Positions 1 through 9,667 of a stretch of 64,000 bases of DNA are shown one piece after another. A program made the translations under genes and the position numbers. The notes under the pieces are model-generated. The model was given only the letters and a program-made list of their open reading frames with translations. It was not told the DNA's origin and did not search any database. This stretch comes from Rhodospirillales bacterium (lineage in GTDB: Bacteria > Pseudomonadota > Alphaproteobacteria > Rhodospirillales > JANQFP01). Position 1 is the stretch's first letter. Each line of letters begins with the position of its first letter. The stretch spans positions 83,804 through 147,803 of the forward strand of contig JANQFP010000207.1 in the NCBI GenBank assembly GCA_028277795.1, given 5' to 3'.

Positions 1-1
1 G

Positions 2-367
2 GAGTACGAGGAGCAACTCAAGTCCCTCGGCGCCGGTCCCGGGCGGGCCCTGGGCATGCTGTTGTGGGACGGACGGTTCTCGCTTCTGACCGCGGTGCTC
101 GCCGGCTTCGGCCGGGCCAGCGCCGAGGTGGGGGCGGTGATGATCGTCGGCGGCAACATCGACCACGTGACGCGGGTGATGACCACCGCCATCGCGCTCG
201 AGGTCAGCAAGGGCGACCTGGCCCTGGCCCTCGGTCTCGGCCTCATCCTCATCGTGCTGTCCGTCAGCGTCAACGGCGCCGCCTTCCTGCTCAAGGAGGC
301 GGCCGAGCGCAGTCAGACCGGCGGGCCCCGGCAGGTCCCGCGCGGCGAAGACCCGGCGCTGCCGTGA
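2..367 (+). CDS. ABC transporter permease, C-terminal fragment (5' end outside window), tungstate/molybdate type
   Basis: Frame is open to the window edge. Hydrophobic permease-like C-terminus (AIALEVSKGDLALALGLGLILIVLSVSVNGAAFLL). Stop overlaps the GTG of the next gene (GTGA at 364-367). Sits in an operon with an ATPase and a TupA-like binding protein. Confidence 0.7.
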   Translation, partial: EYEEQLKSLGAGPGRALGMLLWDGRFSLLTAVLAGFGRASAEVGAVMIVGGNIDHVTRVMTTAIALEVSKGDLALALGLGLILIVLSVSVNGAAFLLKEAAERSQTGGPRQVPRGEDPALP

Positions 368-1137
368 CCGACGCCGTCAACGGGGCCTCCATCCTGCCCC
401 TGGACTTGGCCGGCGTCTCCTTCGCGGCCGGTGGCCGGCGCCTGATCAAGGACGTGACCTGCACCTTCGAGGCCGGTCCGCGCACCGCGGTGATCGGGCC
501 CAACGGGGCCGGCAAGAGCTTGCTGCTGCGCCTCTGCCACGGCCTGATCGCGCCGGCCGCCGGGCGCGTCGTCTGGCGTGGCGCCCGCGGCCGCGACCCG
601 GCCCCGTTCCAGGCCATGGTCTTCCAGCGCCCGGTCATGCTGCGCCGGTCGGTGACCGCCAACGTGGACGCCGCCCTGGCCCTGCGCGGCGTGCCGCGGC
701 CCGAGCGGCGGGCCCGCACGGCCGAAGTGCTGGAGCGCACCGGCCTCGCCCGCTTCGCCCACCAGCCGGCACGGGTGCTGTCCTTCGGCGAGCAGCAGAA
801 ACTGGCCCTGGCCCGGGCCTGGGCGCTCAGGCCCCAGGTGTTGTTCCTCGACGAGCCGACGGCCAGCCTGGACCCGGCCGCCACCCATGCGGTGGAGGAG
901 ATCATCGACGCCATCCGCGGCGCCGGCACCCGCATCCTCATGACCACCCACGATCTGGGGCAGGCCCGGCGCATGGCCGACGAGATCGTGTTCCTGCATC
1001 GCGGCCGGATGCTGGAGAAGGCGCCGGCCGCCGACTTCTTCGCCGGGCCGCGCAATGACCTGGCCCAAGCTTTCGTCCGAGGCGAACTCCTGTGGTGGCG
1101 CAAGCGGCCGTCCCGCGACCCGGCCACGGAGCCTTGA
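364..1137 (+). CDS. ABC transporter ATP-binding protein (tungstate-type importer ATPase)
   Basis: Walker A GPNGAGKS, signature-like SFGEQQK, Walker B VLFLDEP, H-loop TTHD. Start placed at GTG 364, because the upstream part of the 357-aa track ORF is an Arg/Gly-rich shadow of the permease gene. Confidence 0.8.
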   Translation: MTDAVNGASILPLDLAGVSFAAGGRRLIKDVTCTFEAGPRTAVIGPNGAGKSLLLRLCHGLIAPAAGRVVWRGARGRDPAPFQAMVFQRPVMLRRSVTANVDAALALRGVPRPERRARTAEVLERTGLARFAHQPARVLSFGEQQKLALARAWALRPQVLFLDEPTASLDPAATHAVEEIIDAIRGAGTRILMTTHDLGQARRMADEIVFLHRGRMLEKAPAADFFAGPRNDLAQAFVRGELLWWRKRPSRDPATEP

Positions 1138-1166
1138 GACATGCCGAATAGCAAAGAGGGCAACCC

Positions 1167-2033
1167 ATGAGAAACCGCAGACCGAACCCGCGTTCGTGGA
1201 GCACGCGGATCGTGACGGCCCTGCTTGGCCTGCTGGTGGCATTTGCGGTGCATGGAGAGGCGGCGGCGGAGGATCGGTTCATCGTCGTCGCCTCCACCAC
1301 GTCGACCGCCAACTCCGGCCTGTTCGACCACATCCTGCCCCTGTTCGAGAACAAGACCGGCATCCAGGTGCGGGTGGTCGCCGTCGGCACCGGCCAGGCC
1401 CTGCGGGTTGCCCGCAACGGCGATGCGGACGTGCTGCTGGTGCACCACCGGCCATCGGAGGAGGCGTTCGTCGCCGAGGGGTTCGGCGTCGCCCGTCACG
1501 ACGTCATGTACAACGACTTCGTGATCGTCGGCCCGGCGGCGGACCCGGCCGCCGTCCGCGGCCTGACCGACGCGGCGGCGGCGCTGGCCCGCATCGCCGG
1601 CGCCGCGGCGCCCTTCGCCTCGCGCGGCGACGACAGCGGCACCCACAAGGCGGAACGGGCCTTGTGGGCGGCCGCCGGCGTCGATCCGGGCGCCGCATCG
1701 GGGTCGTGGTACCGTGAGACCGGCTCCGGCATGGGTGCCACTCTCAACACGGCGGCGGCCATGGACGCCTACGCGCTGACCGACCGTGGCACGTGGCTGA
1801 GCTTCGGCAACCGGGGCCAACTGGTGGTCCTGGTCGAGGGCGACCGGCGCCTAGCCAACCCCTACGGCGTCATCCTGGTGGACCGGGCCCGGCACCCGCA
1901 CGTGAAGGCCGAGGACGGCCAGGCCTTCATCGACTGGCTCACCGGCCGCGAGGGCCAGGCCGCCATCGCCTCGTTCACCATCGGCGGTCAGCGGCTGTTC
2001 TTCCCGTCCGCCAAGTCGGTCGGGGGTAGTTGA
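1167..2033 (+). CDS. tupA: Periplasmic tungstate-binding protein (TupA-like)
   Basis: Signal-peptide-like N-terminus. VVASTTSTANSGLFDHILP matches the TTSTxxSGL anion-binding motif I associate with TupA-type binding proteins. SD agaggg lies upstream of the ATG. Confidence 0.75.
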   Translation: MRNRRPNPRSWSTRIVTALLGLLVAFAVHGEAAAEDRFIVVASTTSTANSGLFDHILPLFENKTGIQVRVVAVGTGQALRVARNGDADVLLVHHRPSEEAFVAEGFGVARHDVMYNDFVIVGPAADPAAVRGLTDAAAALARIAGAAAPFASRGDDSGTHKAERALWAAAGVDPGAASGSWYRETGSGMGATLNTAAAMDAYALTDRGTWLSFGNRGQLVVLVEGDRRLANPYGVILVDRARHPHVKAEDGQAFIDWLTGREGQAAIASFTIGGQRLFFPSAKSVGGS

Positions 2034-2052
2034 CGGGACGCGCCCGCTTTTT
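2031..2052 (+). terminator. Possible weak intrinsic terminator after tupA
   Basis: Short GC stem cggg-acgcg-cccg (2033-2045) followed by a T6 run (2047-2052), directly after the stop at 2033. Confidence 0.35.
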
Positions 2053-2176
2053 TGGTCGCCAAATCCTGTTCCTATGGTAATACCTTGCCCGGCGCGGCGG
2101 GCGCCGCGGAGGTCTGTCCGGTTGCCCGTCTCCGCCGCGCCGACAGCCCGCCCGCTGGCCACGAGGATGCCATCAC

Positions 2177-3493
2177 ATGAGAGTTTCGATTTTCGGTATG
2201 GGTTACGTCGGTGCGGTGTCCGGCGCGTGCCTGGCCGAGCTGGGTCACGAGATCATCGGCGTCGACGTCAACGCCGACAAGGTGGCGTCCATCAACCAGG
2301 GACAGACGCCGGTGGTCGAGGATGGCGTCCCGGAACGCATCCAGGCCGGCGTGGCGAGCGGTCGCATCCGGGCCACCACCGACGCCCGCGAGGCGGTGGA
2401 GAACTCGGACATGACGTTCATTTCCGTGGGCACGCCGAGCGACGCCAACGGGTCGGTCTCCTTGCAGGCCATAGACGCCGTGAGCGCCGAGATCGGGGTG
2501 GCGATCAGCGCCAAGGACACCGCCCATACGGTGGTGGTCCGTAGCACCGTCCCACCGGGAACGACGGAAGACCACATCGCCCCGGCCTTGTCCCGCCATT
2601 CGGGCCGCCAACTGGGCGGCGGCCTGGAGGTCGGCTTCAATCCCGAATTCTTGCGCGAGGGCGCCGCTGTGCGCGACTTCTTCAATCCCCCGTTCACGGT
2701 CGGCGGCAGCGTCGGCCCGGGCGGATACGACGCCATCGAGGCGGTCTACAAAGGCGTCGAGGCTCCCTTCGTGCGCACCTCGTGTCGGGTCGCCGAATCC
2801 ATCAAGTACCTGTCCAACTCCTTCCACGCGGTCAAGATCACCTTCGCCAACGAGCTGGGGACCCTGCTCAAGCACCTGGGCATGGACTCGCGGGAGGCCC
2901 TGGAGCTGTTCCGCCAGGACCGCGAACTCAACATATCGCCGGCCTACCTGCGCCCCGGCTTCGCCTTCGGCGGCTCGTGCCTGCCCAAGGAGCTGCGGGC
3001 GATCCAGGCCATGGCCCGCAAGATGGACCTCGACCTGCCCATGCTGGGCAACGTGATGGCCGCCAACGGCAGTCACATCGACCGCGCCTTCACGATGATC
3101 ACCCGCGGCGGCCGCCGCAAGGTGGCCCTGTTCGGCTTGGCCTTCAAGCCGGGGACCGACGACCTCAGGGAATCGCCGCTGGTCACCCTTGCCGAGCGCC
3201 TCATCGGCAAGGGCTACGAGCTCACGATCTATGACCGCAGCCTGGAGATCGGACGCTTGGTCGGGGCCAACCGCGACTTCATCGAGCGGGAGATCCCCCA
3301 TCTGGACCGCCTGCTCGCCAAAGAACCCGCTGCCGCCCTCGACGGCGCCGAGGTGATCGTCGTCGGTCACGCCCCGGCCGACGCGGTGGACGCCATCAAG
3401 GCCGCGGCGCGCGGGCGGACCATCGTCGACCTGGCCGGACTCGACGCGCTGAAGGACCTGCCGGAGACGGTCTACGAGGGCATCTGTTGGTGA
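2177..3493 (+). CDS. algD: GDP-mannose 6-dehydrogenase (AlgD family nucleotide-sugar dehydrogenase)
   Basis: N-terminus MRVSIFGMGYVGAVSGACLAELGHEIIGVDV. Internal NPEFLREG, GFAFGGSCLPKE (catalytic Cys) and FKPGTDDLRESP. C-terminal EGICW. All closely parallel Pseudomonas AlgD as I recall it. Confidence 0.8.
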   Translation: MRVSIFGMGYVGAVSGACLAELGHEIIGVDVNADKVASINQGQTPVVEDGVPERIQAGVASGRIRATTDAREAVENSDMTFISVGTPSDANGSVSLQAIDAVSAEIGVAISAKDTAHTVVVRSTVPPGTTEDHIAPALSRHSGRQLGGGLEVGFNPEFLREGAAVRDFFNPPFTVGGSVGPGGYDAIEAVYKGVEAPFVRTSCRVAESIKYLSNSFHAVKITFANELGTLLKHLGMDSREALELFRQDRELNISPAYLRPGFAFGGSCLPKELRAIQAMARKMDLDLPMLGNVMAANGSHIDRAFTMITRGGRRKVALFGLAFKPGTDDLRESPLVTLAERLIGKGYELTIYDRSLEIGRLVGANRDFIEREIPHLDRLLAKEPAAALDGAEVIVVGHAPADAVDAIKAAARGRTIVDLAGLDALKDLPETVYEGICW

Positions 3494-3519
3494 CGCCCCC
3501 GGGATCGTGACCGCCCGCC

Positions 3520-5451
3520 ATGTGCGGCATCTACGGCATCGTCTCGCTCCGCGCCGGTCACACCCCCGATCCGGCCCTGCTCGACGGCATGGCCGCCGTC
3601 ACCCACCACCGCGGACCCGACGACGAAGGCGCCTATTCGGATGCCAGCATCGCCATGGGCATGCGCCGGCTGTCCATCATCGACCTCAACACCGGCCACC
3701 AGCCCATCGCCAACGAGGACGAGACCCTGTGGGTCATCTGCAACGGCGAGGTCTACAACTTCCGGGAGCTGCGCGCCGACCTGGAGGGGCGCGGACACCG
3801 GTTCCGCACCGGCAGCGATTCGGAGGTCATCCTCCACCTGTACGAGGAGTACGGGGCCGACTGCGTCGATCACATGGAGGGCATGTTCGGGTTCGCCCTG
3901 TGGGACGCGCCGCGGCAGCGGATGGTCTTGGGACGCGACCGCCTGGGCATCAAGGTCCTCTACTACTGGCGCGATGCCGACCGCTTGATCTTCGCCTCCG
4001 AAGCCAAGGCCATTCTGACGGTGCCGGAGGTGGTCCGGACCATCGACCCGGTGGCGCTGGAGGAGTACCTGACCTTCGGCTACACGCCTTCGGACCGCTC
4101 CATCTTCGCCGGCATCGCCAAGCTGCCGCCCGCCTGCGTGATGGTCTGCGAGGGCGGCACCGTCGATGTCCGCACCTATTGGCAGACGCCGTCCGAAGCC
4201 GACGAGTCGTTGACCGAGGGCCAGTGGGCCGAGCAGGTGCTGGCCAAGATCGAGAGCGCGGTGGTGTCCCAGATGGTCAGCGACGTGCCGCTGGGCGCCT
4301 TCCTCAGCGGCGGCATCGATTCGAGCTGCATCGTGGCGCTGATGGCCCGCCACAGCACCCATCCGGTGCGCACCTATTCCATCGGCTTCGATACCGGCTC
4401 GGCCGGCGCCTTCTACAATGAGCTGCCGTACGCCCGCGAGGTCGCCGAGCTGTGCGAGACGGCACACAAGGAGATCCTGGTCCGGCCCGACGTCGCGCAG
4501 TTGCTGCCCAAGCTGCTGTGGCACATGGACGAGCCGGTGTCCGACAGTGCCTTCGTCACCACCTACCTGGTCTCCGAGTTCGCCCGCCAGGACGTCACCG
4601 TCATCCTGTCCGGCGTCGGCGGCGACGAGCTGTTCGGCGGCTACTTCCGGTACCTGGGCGAGCATTACGTGGAGCGCTATCACCGGCTACCGGGATGGCT
4701 GCGCCGCCGGCTGATCGCCCCGCTGCTGCGCCTGCTGCCGGCGGACCGCCATTCGCCGCTGGCCAACTGGGCGCGCTTGGCCCGGGGCTTCGCCGAGTCC
4801 AGCGACCTGCCCCTGGACGCCCGCTACCGCAGCTACATGGAGGTGTTCGGCCCCGAGTCCCTTGACCGGCTCCTCAAGGCCCGGCGGAGCGGTGACGCCG
4901 ATACACTGGACAAGGCCTTCGCCGTGGCCACCGAGGGGGACGGTCTCAACCGGCTGCTGCAGGTGGACCTGTTGACCCAGATGCCCAACGACCTGCTGAT
5001 GCTGACCGACAAGATGACCATGGCCGCCTCCATCGAATGCCGGGTGCCGCTGCTCAATCACGAGCTGGTCGAGCTGGGGGCGCGCATCCCGGCCGACCAC
5101 AGGATTCGCGGCCGCGACCTCAAGCACATCCTCAAGGCGGCCCTCAAGGGCGTCCTGCCGGACTCCATCCTGTACCGCAAGAAGCGGGGATTCGGGGCGC
5201 CCATGGGGGCGTGGCTGAAGGCGGAGCTGGCGCCGCTGATGGACCACATGCTGTCGCGCGAGTCCGTGGACCGGCGGGGCCTGTTCGAGTGGTCCGAGAT
5301 CGAGCGCACCATGGCCCTCCATAAGGCGCGCCGGGAGGACCACACCGACCACCTGCTGTCCCTGCTCAATCTGGAGATCTGGGCGCGGCTGTATCTGGAC
5401 GACCAGGCCCCGGACGATCTGGCCCGCGAGCTGGCGGGCGTGGCCCGCTGA
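3520..5451 (+). CDS. Asparagine synthase (glutamine-hydrolysing) family amidotransferase, EPS-locus paralog
   Basis: MCGI N-terminal nucleophile Cys, class II GATase domain, PP-loop SGGIDSS (AFLSGGIDSSCIVALM). Stop and next start overlap (TGATG at 5449-5453). Confidence 0.85.
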   Translation: MCGIYGIVSLRAGHTPDPALLDGMAAVTHHRGPDDEGAYSDASIAMGMRRLSIIDLNTGHQPIANEDETLWVICNGEVYNFRELRADLEGRGHRFRTGSDSEVILHLYEEYGADCVDHMEGMFGFALWDAPRQRMVLGRDRLGIKVLYYWRDADRLIFASEAKAILTVPEVVRTIDPVALEEYLTFGYTPSDRSIFAGIAKLPPACVMVCEGGTVDVRTYWQTPSEADESLTEGQWAEQVLAKIESAVVSQMVSDVPLGAFLSGGIDSSCIVALMARHSTHPVRTYSIGFDTGSAGAFYNELPYAREVAELCETAHKEILVRPDVAQLLPKLLWHMDEPVSDSAFVTTYLVSEFARQDVTVILSGVGGDELFGGYFRYLGEHYVERYHRLPGWLRRRLIAPLLRLLPADRHSPLANWARLARGFAESSDLPLDARYRSYMEVFGPESLDRLLKARRSGDADTLDKAFAVATEGDGLNRLLQVDLLTQMPNDLLMLTDKMTMAASIECRVPLLNHELVELGARIPADHRIRGRDLKHILKAALKGVLPDSILYRKKRGFGAPMGAWLKAELAPLMDHMLSRESVDRRGLFEWSEIERTMALHKARREDHTDHLLSLLNLEIWARLYLDDQAPDDLARELAGVAR

Positions 5452-6656
5452 TGCGCATCCTCTACGTCTGCCACCGCTTTCCGTTCCCGCCCATCCGCGG
5501 CGGCAAGATCCGCCCCTTCAACATGATCCGCCATCTGAGCGGCCGGCATGAGGTCACGGTGGCCTCCCTGGTACGCTCCGCCGAGGAGGCCGAGGCGGGC
5601 CGCGGTCTGGCCGACCATTGCCACCGCTACATCATGGAGCCCATCTCGTCGACGGCCGCGTGGGCGCGGATGATCGCCCGCCTGCCGACGGCGGTGCCGT
5701 CGTCCATGGGCTACTTCTACGCCCCGCGGCTCGCCGCCCGCGTCCGCGAGGCGTTGTCTGCGGAGGGGTTCGACCTCATCTTCGTCCACTGCTCGTCGGT
5801 GGCCCAGTACGTGGACGGCGTGGTCGGCATCCCGAAGATCCTCGATTTCGGCGACATGGACTCCCAGAAGTGGCTGGCCTACGCCAAGGTGCGCCGGCCG
5901 CCCCTGTCCATGGGATACTGGCTGGAGGGGACCAAGATGGAGCGGGCGGAGAAGATGCTGGCCCGCAAGTTCGACCTCTGCACCTGCACCACGAAGGCCG
6001 AATTGGCGACCCTGGACGGGTTCGGGGCCGCACGGCATACCGGCTGGTTCCCCAACGGGGTCGACACCGACACCTTCCGTCCCAGCGACGACCCCTACCG
6101 GCCGGACTCCCTGTGCTTCATCGGCCGCATGGACTACTACCCCAACCAGGAGGGCATGCTGGACTTCTGCGCCAACGTCTTGCCGCTGATCCGCGAGAAA
6201 CGCCCGGACGTGACCCTGACCATCGTCGGCGCCGATCCCTCCGAAGAGATCCGCGACCTGGGCAAGCTGCCCGGGGTCGCGGTGACGGGGACGGTGCCCG
6301 AGGTCCGGCCCTACGTCGTGGCCTCGGCGGTGAACGTGGCGCCCCTCAACATCGCCCGCGGCACCCAGAACAAGATCCTCGAGTCCATGGCCATGGGCGT
6401 GCCGGTGGTGGCCAGCGAGAAGGCGGCGGACGGCATCGACGCGATGGCCGGCGAGCACTTCCTGACGGCGACGACGCCGGCGCAATACGCCGAAACGATT
6501 ATCCGCCTGCTGGAGGATCCCGAAGAGCGCCAGCGTTACGCGGCGGCGGGACGGGCCCGTGTCATGGATCACCATAGCTGGGCCGCGTCCATGACCAAGA
6601 TGGAGGGCCTAATCGCCGAGTGCGTGGATCGGGCTAACCCACCTGGCGGCCGATGA
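5451..6656 (+). CDS. GT4-family glycosyltransferase of the PEP-CTERM/EpsH1-associated (stp1) type
   Basis: MRILYVCHRFPFPPIRGGKIRPFNMIRHL N-terminus is typical of the TIGRFAMs 'sugar transferase, PEP-CTERM/EpsH1 system associated' family (from memory). C-terminal GT-B E-x7-E region NKILESMAMGVPVVAS. Confidence 0.8.
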   Translation: MRILYVCHRFPFPPIRGGKIRPFNMIRHLSGRHEVTVASLVRSAEEAEAGRGLADHCHRYIMEPISSTAAWARMIARLPTAVPSSMGYFYAPRLAARVREALSAEGFDLIFVHCSSVAQYVDGVVGIPKILDFGDMDSQKWLAYAKVRRPPLSMGYWLEGTKMERAEKMLARKFDLCTCTTKAELATLDGFGAARHTGWFPNGVDTDTFRPSDDPYRPDSLCFIGRMDYYPNQEGMLDFCANVLPLIREKRPDVTLTIVGADPSEEIRDLGKLPGVAVTGTVPEVRPYVVASAVNVAPLNIARGTQNKILESMAMGVPVVASEKAADGIDAMAGEHFLTATTPAQYAETIIRLLEDPEERQRYAAAGRARVMDHHSWAASMTKMEGLIAECVDRANPPGGR

Positions 6657-7665
6657 TCGGCCCGATCAGGTTGGCCACCGGCAGCGGCAACCTTTTCCAG
6701 GCGGCGATCATCATACGGTATTTGGGGTTGTTGGGGTTGACGTCGGGCAGCGGCCGATCGCCCTTCATCTTGAACTCCAGGGCCACCGGACGGCCCTCGA
6801 AGCCCCAGTTCTTCTTGAACGAGTGCGGGCCGGTGCCCAGCTTGCTGCGGCCGAAATCGAAAACCGTGTAGCCCCGTTCGACCGCGCGGCGCATCAGCCG
6901 CCAGTACATGAAGTCGGCGGCGCCGAGGCGGCGGGCCTCGGGCTCGGCGCCCGTGTAGTAGGGCATGACCCGGTCCCGGAAATAGAAGTTGAGGACGCTG
7001 GTGAGCGGGCGGCCCCCTCGGCACACGGTCAGGGCGTCGCAGGCGTCTCCGAACTCCCGCTTGAGGGTGTCGAAATACCTGCGCGCGAACACGGGCGTGC
7101 CCAGATTGCGGACCCCCAACGCGAACAGCTCCCAGCAGCGGCCCATATCCTCGTCCACCTCGTCGGTCAGGTCCGACTTCAGGGCCTTGCGGACCACGGC
7201 GCGCTGCTTGCGCGGGATCTGCTTCAGGTTGGCATCCTCGTCGGCCTCGATGGGCCGGTCGAAGGACGCATACAAGCCCTCCTTGCGGCCCCAGTCGGCG
7301 TGGGGCCGGGCGGGGTCGCGGTATTCGATGTACTCGGCGTTCAGGCTTTCCAGCAGCTCCTCGGCCCGCCGGTCGAGCGCTGCGGCGGCCTGGTCGTCCA
7401 CGGCCGCCGGTCCGCCGCCGACACAGAAGGCGTTGGAGACCAGCCGGTTGCCGAACAGGCGACTTCTGACATGGACCAGAGGCAGGACCCCCCGGATTTC
7501 GCCGTCGCGCTCGGCGTACAGGAAGTGGGTTTGCTGGCCGAAGCTGTCCTCGATCACGCGGCTCCAGCCCGCCTTGTGGAAGAACGTGGCCTCGGGACAG
7601 GCGTCGACGAAGGCCTCCCAGCGGTCCCACGCCGCCGCATCCAGATCGTTGACGATGTCGGGCAT
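6634..7665 (-). CDS. FemAB-family protein, PEP-CTERM system-associated type
   Basis: Start trimmed to ATG 7665 (MPDIVNDLDAAAWDRW...). The remaining 5' part of the 603-aa track ORF is a shadow of the deacetylase gene. FemAB-like GNAT-fold features (GAADFMYWRLMRRAVERGYTVFDFGRS, FKKNWGF). Confidence 0.8.
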   Translation of the reverse strand: MPDIVNDLDAAAWDRWEAFVDACPEATFFHKAGWSRVIEDSFGQQTHFLYAERDGEIRGVLPLVHVRSRLFGNRLVSNAFCVGGGPAAVDDQAAAALDRRAEELLESLNAEYIEYRDPARPHADWGRKEGLYASFDRPIEADEDANLKQIPRKQRAVVRKALKSDLTDEVDEDMGRCWELFALGVRNLGTPVFARRYFDTLKREFGDACDALTVCRGGRPLTSVLNFYFRDRVMPYYTGAEPEARRLGAADFMYWRLMRRAVERGYTVFDFGRSKLGTGPHSFKKNWGFEGRPVALEFKMKGDRPLPDVNPNNPKYRMMIAAWKRLPLPVANLIGPIIGRQVG

Positions 7666-7682
7666 GGGCGCGAGTCCTGCGG

Positions 7683-8618
7683 TCAGGCCTCCCCGCCCGG
7701 CGAGAAGACGCGGTCCATGCGGTCCCACGCGAAGTCGCGGCACAGGTGCCGCAGGCGACCCGCCATCCGGTCCAGGTTGGTGTAGTGACGGAACCGGGTC
7801 TTGGCGGAGATCCCCGCCATGCGCGGCTGCCCGGGATCGATCTCCCACGGATGGAAGTAGAAGATGCAGGGGCGGCGGTCGGTGGTGTTGACCCTCTTCA
7901 TGGCCCAGCGCGACATCGTGTAGGGCAACAGCCGGAAATAGCCGCCGCCGCCGCACGGCAGATTGCGGCTGCCGAACCGCAGGGTGGTCACCGGATACTC
8001 CTCGATGCCGCCCGCCTGCCGCGGATAGAAGGCAAATCGGGGCGCCCGCGGCATGCCGTAGTAGTCGTGGACCACCGGGTAGATGCTGGAGCTGTAGGCG
8101 TATCCCTCTTCGGCCAGCACGTCGAAGGCCCACAGGTTGCCCTCGCCGATGGAGAAGGTGGCCGCCCGGTAGCCGCGCACCGGCACGCCGCCGGTGTCCT
8201 CCAGCAGCCCCTTGGTGCGCCTGATGTCGGCGCGGAACGCGTCCGCGGTCTGGCTGTCGGCGCGGATGTGGGCGTAGCCGTGGCTGGCCAGCTCGTGTCC
8301 GGCGTCGACGATGCGGCGGATGAGGGCCGGATGGCGTTCGGCCACCCAGCCCAGGGTGAAGAAGGTGGCGGTCACTCCGGACTCGGCGAACAGGGCGAGC
8401 ACGGCCTCGGTGTTGCGCTCGACCCGGCTCTCCTGGGACTCCCACGCATCGCGGTCCACCTTGTCGGCGAACGCCTGGACCTGGAAGTAGTCCTCCACGT
8501 CCACGGACATGGCATTGACCATCCGGCCGTCGCGCAGGACGGGCGCCGAGTCCTTGGTCCGAAACGCCTCGCCGCCGGCGGTTTCGGCGTCGACGACACG
8601 CGCCGCCAGGGGGCTCAT
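7683..8618 (-). CDS. Polysaccharide deacetylase (CE4), PEP-CTERM locus subfamily
   Basis: Start at ATG 8618 (MSPLAARV...) in an ATGA overlap with the upstream ATPase stop. NAMSVDVEDYFQV, ELASHGYAH and GGGYFRLLPY are CE4/NodB-type motifs. Confidence 0.85.
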   Translation of the reverse strand: MSPLAARVVDAETAGGEAFRTKDSAPVLRDGRMVNAMSVDVEDYFQVQAFADKVDRDAWESQESRVERNTEAVLALFAESGVTATFFTLGWVAERHPALIRRIVDAGHELASHGYAHIRADSQTADAFRADIRRTKGLLEDTGGVPVRGYRAATFSIGEGNLWAFDVLAEEGYAYSSSIYPVVHDYYGMPRAPRFAFYPRQAGGIEEYPVTTLRFGSRNLPCGGGGYFRLLPYTMSRWAMKRVNTTDRRPCIFYFHPWEIDPGQPRMAGISAKTRFRHYTNLDRMAGRLRHLCRDFAWDRMDRVFSPGGEA

Positions 8619-9658
8619 CCGTCGCCCTTCCGCTCCAAGTCGCCGCCCAGGGTCTTCAGGTAGTCGGAGAAGGTGACCAACGCCTGCCGGAAGGCATGAT
8701 CGTGGCGGCGCACACTGGCCTCGACGGACACCAGCCTTTGGCGCAGCTCGTTGAGCTCGGCGACAATGCGATCGTCGTGGATGGCAGTTGCCGCCGCTCC
8801 CGGACGGGCCTCGGCCTCCTCGGGCACGCTGTGGTCCAGGACCTGCTCGGTCTCCTGCTCCAGGTCCTGCGCCACCTGGGCCACGTCGGTCGCCGCGATG
8901 GCACTCCGTTCTTCCAGGGAGGCGAACAACAGCAGGCGTGAGCACAACACGTTGATGCGGCGAGGCACGCCGCCGGTCTGCTCGAAGATGGTGTGGAATG
9001 CGTCGTCGGCGAAACGGGGGTTGTTGTCCCAGCCCACGGCGCGCAGCCGGAACAGCACGTATTCGCGGGTCTCCTCCGCGTTCATCGGGCCCAAGTGGTA
9101 CGACGCGATGACCCGCTGGCGCAACTGGTCCAGCTCCTTGTGGGCCAGGGTGCGGCGGAACTGGGGCTGGCCCAGCAGGAAGCTCTGAAGCTGGGCTTGG
9201 CCGTCCAACTGGAAATTGGACAGCATGCGCAGCTCCTCGAGGGACTCGAACGACAGGTTCTGGGCCTCGTCGACCACCAGCAGGCAGCGCCGGCCCTCCG
9301 ACTGGTGGGCCGTCAGGAACCCCTCGATGCGCTCCAGAATCACGGCCTTGTCCGCCGACTCGTGGGGAATGCCAAACACCGAGGCGACCATGCGCAAGGT
9401 GTCGTCGGCGGCAAGCTGGGTGGTCACGATGTTGGCCGCGATGTACCGGGCGCTGTCGAGGGACGACAGCAGGTGGCCGACCAGGGTCGTCTTGCCGGCC
9501 CCAACGTCGCCGGTGATGACGATGAAGCCCTCGCCCTGGCTCAGGCCGTAGGTGAGGTACGCCTTGGCCCGCGAATGGACGCTGCTCTCGAAGAAGAATT
9601 GAGGATCGGGCGTGAGCTGAAAGGGCGCCGCCTGCAGCCCGAAATACTCGACGTACAT
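8615..9658 (-). CDS. AAA ATPase, XrtA/PEP-CTERM system-associated (ExeA/EpsE-like)
   Basis: MYVEYFGLQAAPFQLTPDP N-terminus, Walker A GDVGAGKTT, Walker B LLVVDEAQ. Confidence 0.85.
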   Translation of the reverse strand: MYVEYFGLQAAPFQLTPDPQFFFESSVHSRAKAYLTYGLSQGEGFIVITGDVGAGKTTLVGHLLSSLDSARYIAANIVTTQLAADDTLRMVASVFGIPHESADKAVILERIEGFLTAHQSEGRRCLLVVDEAQNLSFESLEELRMLSNFQLDGQAQLQSFLLGQPQFRRTLAHKELDQLRQRVIASYHLGPMNAEETREYVLFRLRAVGWDNNPRFADDAFHTIFEQTGGVPRRINVLCSRLLLFASLEERSAIAATDVAQVAQDLEQETEQVLDHSVPEEAEARPGAAATAIHDDRIVAELNELRQRLVSVEASVRRHDHAFRQALVTFSDYLKTLGGDLERKGDG

Positions 9659-9667
9659 GGAACGGCC

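Noticed and set aside
291-1820. 509-aa minus-strand ORF antisense to the ABC ATPase and tupA genes
   Set aside because: Its composition is Arg/Gly/Pro/Ala-rich and has no recognisable motifs. It fully overlaps well-supported genes and is a typical shadow ORF of GC-rich DNA. The same reasoning applies to 2072-3370(-), 3472-4683(-), 5058-6575(-), 17408-18982(-), 19771-21144(-), 20771-22252(-), 30178-31701(-) and 56614-58005(-).
7666-8445. N-terminal 260-aa extension of the FemAB-like ORF (track ORF 6634-8445)
   Set aside because: The extension is an out-of-frame shadow of the deacetylase gene and is Arg/Pro/Gly-rich. A good ATG at 7665 begins the conserved FemAB-like sequence.
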